Below the pieces are notes generated by a model, which saw only the letters and a program-made list of their open reading frames with translations, made no database searches and was not told the DNA's origin. DNA of 64,000 bases from an uncultured Pseudomonadota bacterium (GTDB taxonomy: Bacteria; Myxococcota_A; Polyangia; Fen-1088): positions 96,001 to 160,000 of the forward strand of contig CAWKBC010000014.1 in assembly GCA_963847705.1 (NCBI GenBank), read 5' to 3'. The first letter of the stretch is position 1; every line of letters starts with the position of its first letter. Positions 62,022 through 64,000 of this stretch are shown piece by piece. A program made the position numbers and the translations under genes.

Positions 62022-64000
62022 TTGAGACTGAGTTCCGACGATGATGTGCGGGACGCCGCAGGCGCAACGAGCGCCGCGAGCCCCGAGCACGATACAGAAT
62101 CTCCCAAGGCGGCCGAGCTGGATGACGGTGTTCCGACCATCGTGATCCGCACCTCCGACGCCGCGGAGGAGTTTGGCCATCATGGCCGTCAAGATGGTCG
62201 ACCTGACGGCCGGCAGGACGCGCCGCCGTCGATCGTGGCCGCGACGCCGGTCGACGAGCCGCCTCCGCCCCCATCGCCGGGGCTGCTGCGCGCGCTCGAG
62301 AAGATGCGCTCGGTCTTCCACATCCGGGACCTTCGACCCGGGCAGGCGGAGATCATCGAATCGGTGCTGGCCGGTCGCGACACGCTGGCGATCATGCCGA
62401 CCGGCAGCGGCAAGTCGCTGACCTATCAGCTGCCGGCGCTGGTTCTGGAAGGCCCCACACTGGTCGTGTCGCCGCTGCTGGCCCTCATCGAGGATCAGTA
62501 CAGCAAGCTGAAGGCGGCGGGCGTCGCGGTGGTGCGCATCGATTCGACCCGCACCGCCAAGGAGCGCGCCGCCGATCTGGCCGCCGTCCGCGAGGGGACG
62601 GTCCGACTGGTGATGATCACGCCCGAGTCGGTCAACTCGCCGACGGTGCAAGAGGCGCTGGCGGGGGTGAAGTTCTCGCTCTTCTGCGTCGACGAGGCGC
62701 ACTGCGTCTCCCAGTGGGGACACGACTTCCGCCCTGCGTACCTGGGCCTGCGCCGGGCCGCGCAGGTGCTCGGCCGGCCGCCGATCCTCGGTCTGACCGC
62801 GACCGCCACGCCGGAGATCGGCGACGACGTCCTCGTCCAGCTGGGGATGAAGGACTCGAAGGTTTGCCGCGTCTCCTTCCATCGCCCGAACCTGGCGTTC
62901 GACGTGCGCAAGGTGGCCGGCGAGGCCGACAAGCTGCGCCAGCTCGGCAAGCTGATCTCGCGCCTGCGCCGCCCCGGCATCGTCTACTGCGCGACGGTGC
63001 GCGCGGTCGACGAGCTCTACGTGGCGCTGCGCCACGGCAAGATCCCGGTCGAGCGCTACAACGGCAAGATGACCCAGGACGAGCGCGAGAAGTCGCAGGC
63101 GTCGTTCATGCAATCTGGCCGCAAGGTCGTCATGCTGGCGACCAACGCCTTCGGTCTCGGCATCGACAAGCCCGACATTCGCTACATCATCCACTACCAG
63201 ATGCCGGGCTCGCCCGAGGCCTACGTGCAGGAGGCGGGGCGCGCCGGACGGGACGGCAAACCGTCGCGCTGCGTGCTGCTGTTCCAGCCCGACGACATCT
63301 CCATCCAGGAGCACTTCCTCAAGGAGGCGCACCCGACCAAGTCGCAGGCGCGCATGGTCGCCGAGGGGCTCTACGCCTGGAGCGACGAGGGCAAAGAGGT
63401 CTCGGTCCGCGATCTGGCGATGTCGATGGCGCTGCCCGAGCGTCGCGTCCGCGTCATCCTCTCGGTGCTGGAGGCGATGGGCGTGGCCGAAGAGGTCAAG
63501 GCCGCGCGCTGGAAGGGCGTCGAGCCGCGCCCCACCCGCGAGCAGATCGACAAGGCGGCGATGGTGTTCGAGGCGCGGCGCATCTCCGATCGCCGGCGGC
63601 TGGAATCGCTGCTGAAGTACATGAACACGCAGCGCTGCCGCGTGCAGATGCTGCGCGCCTACTTCGGCGAGCCCGAAGGGGAGAAGTGCGGCCTCTGCGA
63701 TTCGGACGCCGGCCTCGACAGCGAGGTGTTCGATACGGCGTCGTCCGACGAGCGGCACGGCCTGCACGCCGCAACCGACTTCCACGCGCGCCCGCGACGG
63801 CGCAGGCGCGGACGGCCCGGGTACGATCTGCCGGCACCCCCGCCACCAGCGGCACCGCAGCTGCCGCAAGCGCCGGTCGTCCCGCGCTACGAGACGGCGA
63901 TCCCCACCGATCTCTTGCCGCCGCTGCCGCCGTTCGAGATCCCGTTGCCGTCCGAACGGGAGAGCGCCTTCGACGAAGCCATCTGGGCCGACGCCGGGGA
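62022..64000 (+). CDS. RecQ-family ATP-dependent DNA helicase, runs off window end
   Basis: Manual translation: MPTGSGKSLTYQLP, VDEAHCVSQWGHDFRPAY, LTATA, ATNAFGLGIDK, QEAGRAGRDG, CR..CGLCD; start uncertain. Confidence 0.92.
   Translation, partial: MRLSSDDDVRDAAGATSAASPEHDTESPKAAELDDGVPTIVIRTSDAAEEFGHHGRQDGRPDGRQDAPPSIVAATPVDEPPPPPSPGLLRALEKMRSVFHIRDLRPGQAEIIESVLAGRDTLAIMPTGSGKSLTYQLPALVLEGPTLVVSPLLALIEDQYSKLKAAGVAVVRIDSTRTAKERAADLAAVREGTVRLVMITPESVNSPTVQEALAGVKFSLFCVDEAHCVSQWGHDFRPAYLGLRRAAQVLGRPPILGLTATATPEIGDDVLVQLGMKDSKVCRVSFHRPNLAFDVRKVAGEADKLRQLGKLISRLRRPGIVYCATVRAVDELYVALRHGKIPVERYNGKMTQDEREKSQASFMQSGRKVVMLATNAFGLGIDKPDIRYIIHYQMPGSPEAYVQEAGRAGRDGKPSRCVLLFQPDDISIQEHFLKEAHPTKSQARMVAEGLYAWSDEGKEVSVRDLAMSMALPERRVRVILSVLEAMGVAEEVKAARWKGVEPRPTREQIDKAAMVFEARRISDRRRLESLLKYMNTQRCRVQMLRAYFGEPEGEKCGLCDSDAGLDSEVFDTASSDERHGLHAATDFHARPRRRRRGRPGYDLPAPPPPAAPQLPQAPVVPRYETAIPTDLLPPLPPFEIPLPSERESAFDEAIWADAG

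Overview
High-GC bacterial DNA. Gene content (transmembrane TPR Ser/Thr kinases, FHA-domain sigma54 activator, mevalonate operon, FHA-GGDEF) suggests a myxobacterium (Myxococcota); this is an inference. Most of the window is ordinary: MacAB-type efflux genes, a fni-mvk-mvaD-pmk-HMGR-hpnC operon, rmuC, small membrane/stress proteins, diguanylate cyclases, histidine kinases, lgt, dnaG-rpoD, rlmI, an ECF sigma/anti-sigma pair, radC and a partial recQ. The notable locus is about 39-57.6 kb. It holds a 232-aa ORF made of 10 tandem units of LKV(K/R)S(A/T)I(K/R)AG + variable segment + NH(N/S)RSA behind a sigma54-type -24/-12 promoter, and a degenerate paralog with a near-identical promoter. Around them lie a C39-peptidase ABC transporter and its partner, two membrane Ser/Thr kinases with TPR C-termini, a TPR protein, an amidohydrolase, a large outer-membrane-type protein and an FHA-AAA+ activator. 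Together these suggest a multi-core peptide export and sensing circuit, possibly autoinducing. Five genes carry single-base frameshifts; four of them are an extra A/T inside GATCT, which points to a motif-specific sequencing artefact, perhaps caused by DNA modification. No tRNA, rRNA, CRISPR array or transposase was recognised. All assignments come from motif reading by eye; no database searches were run.
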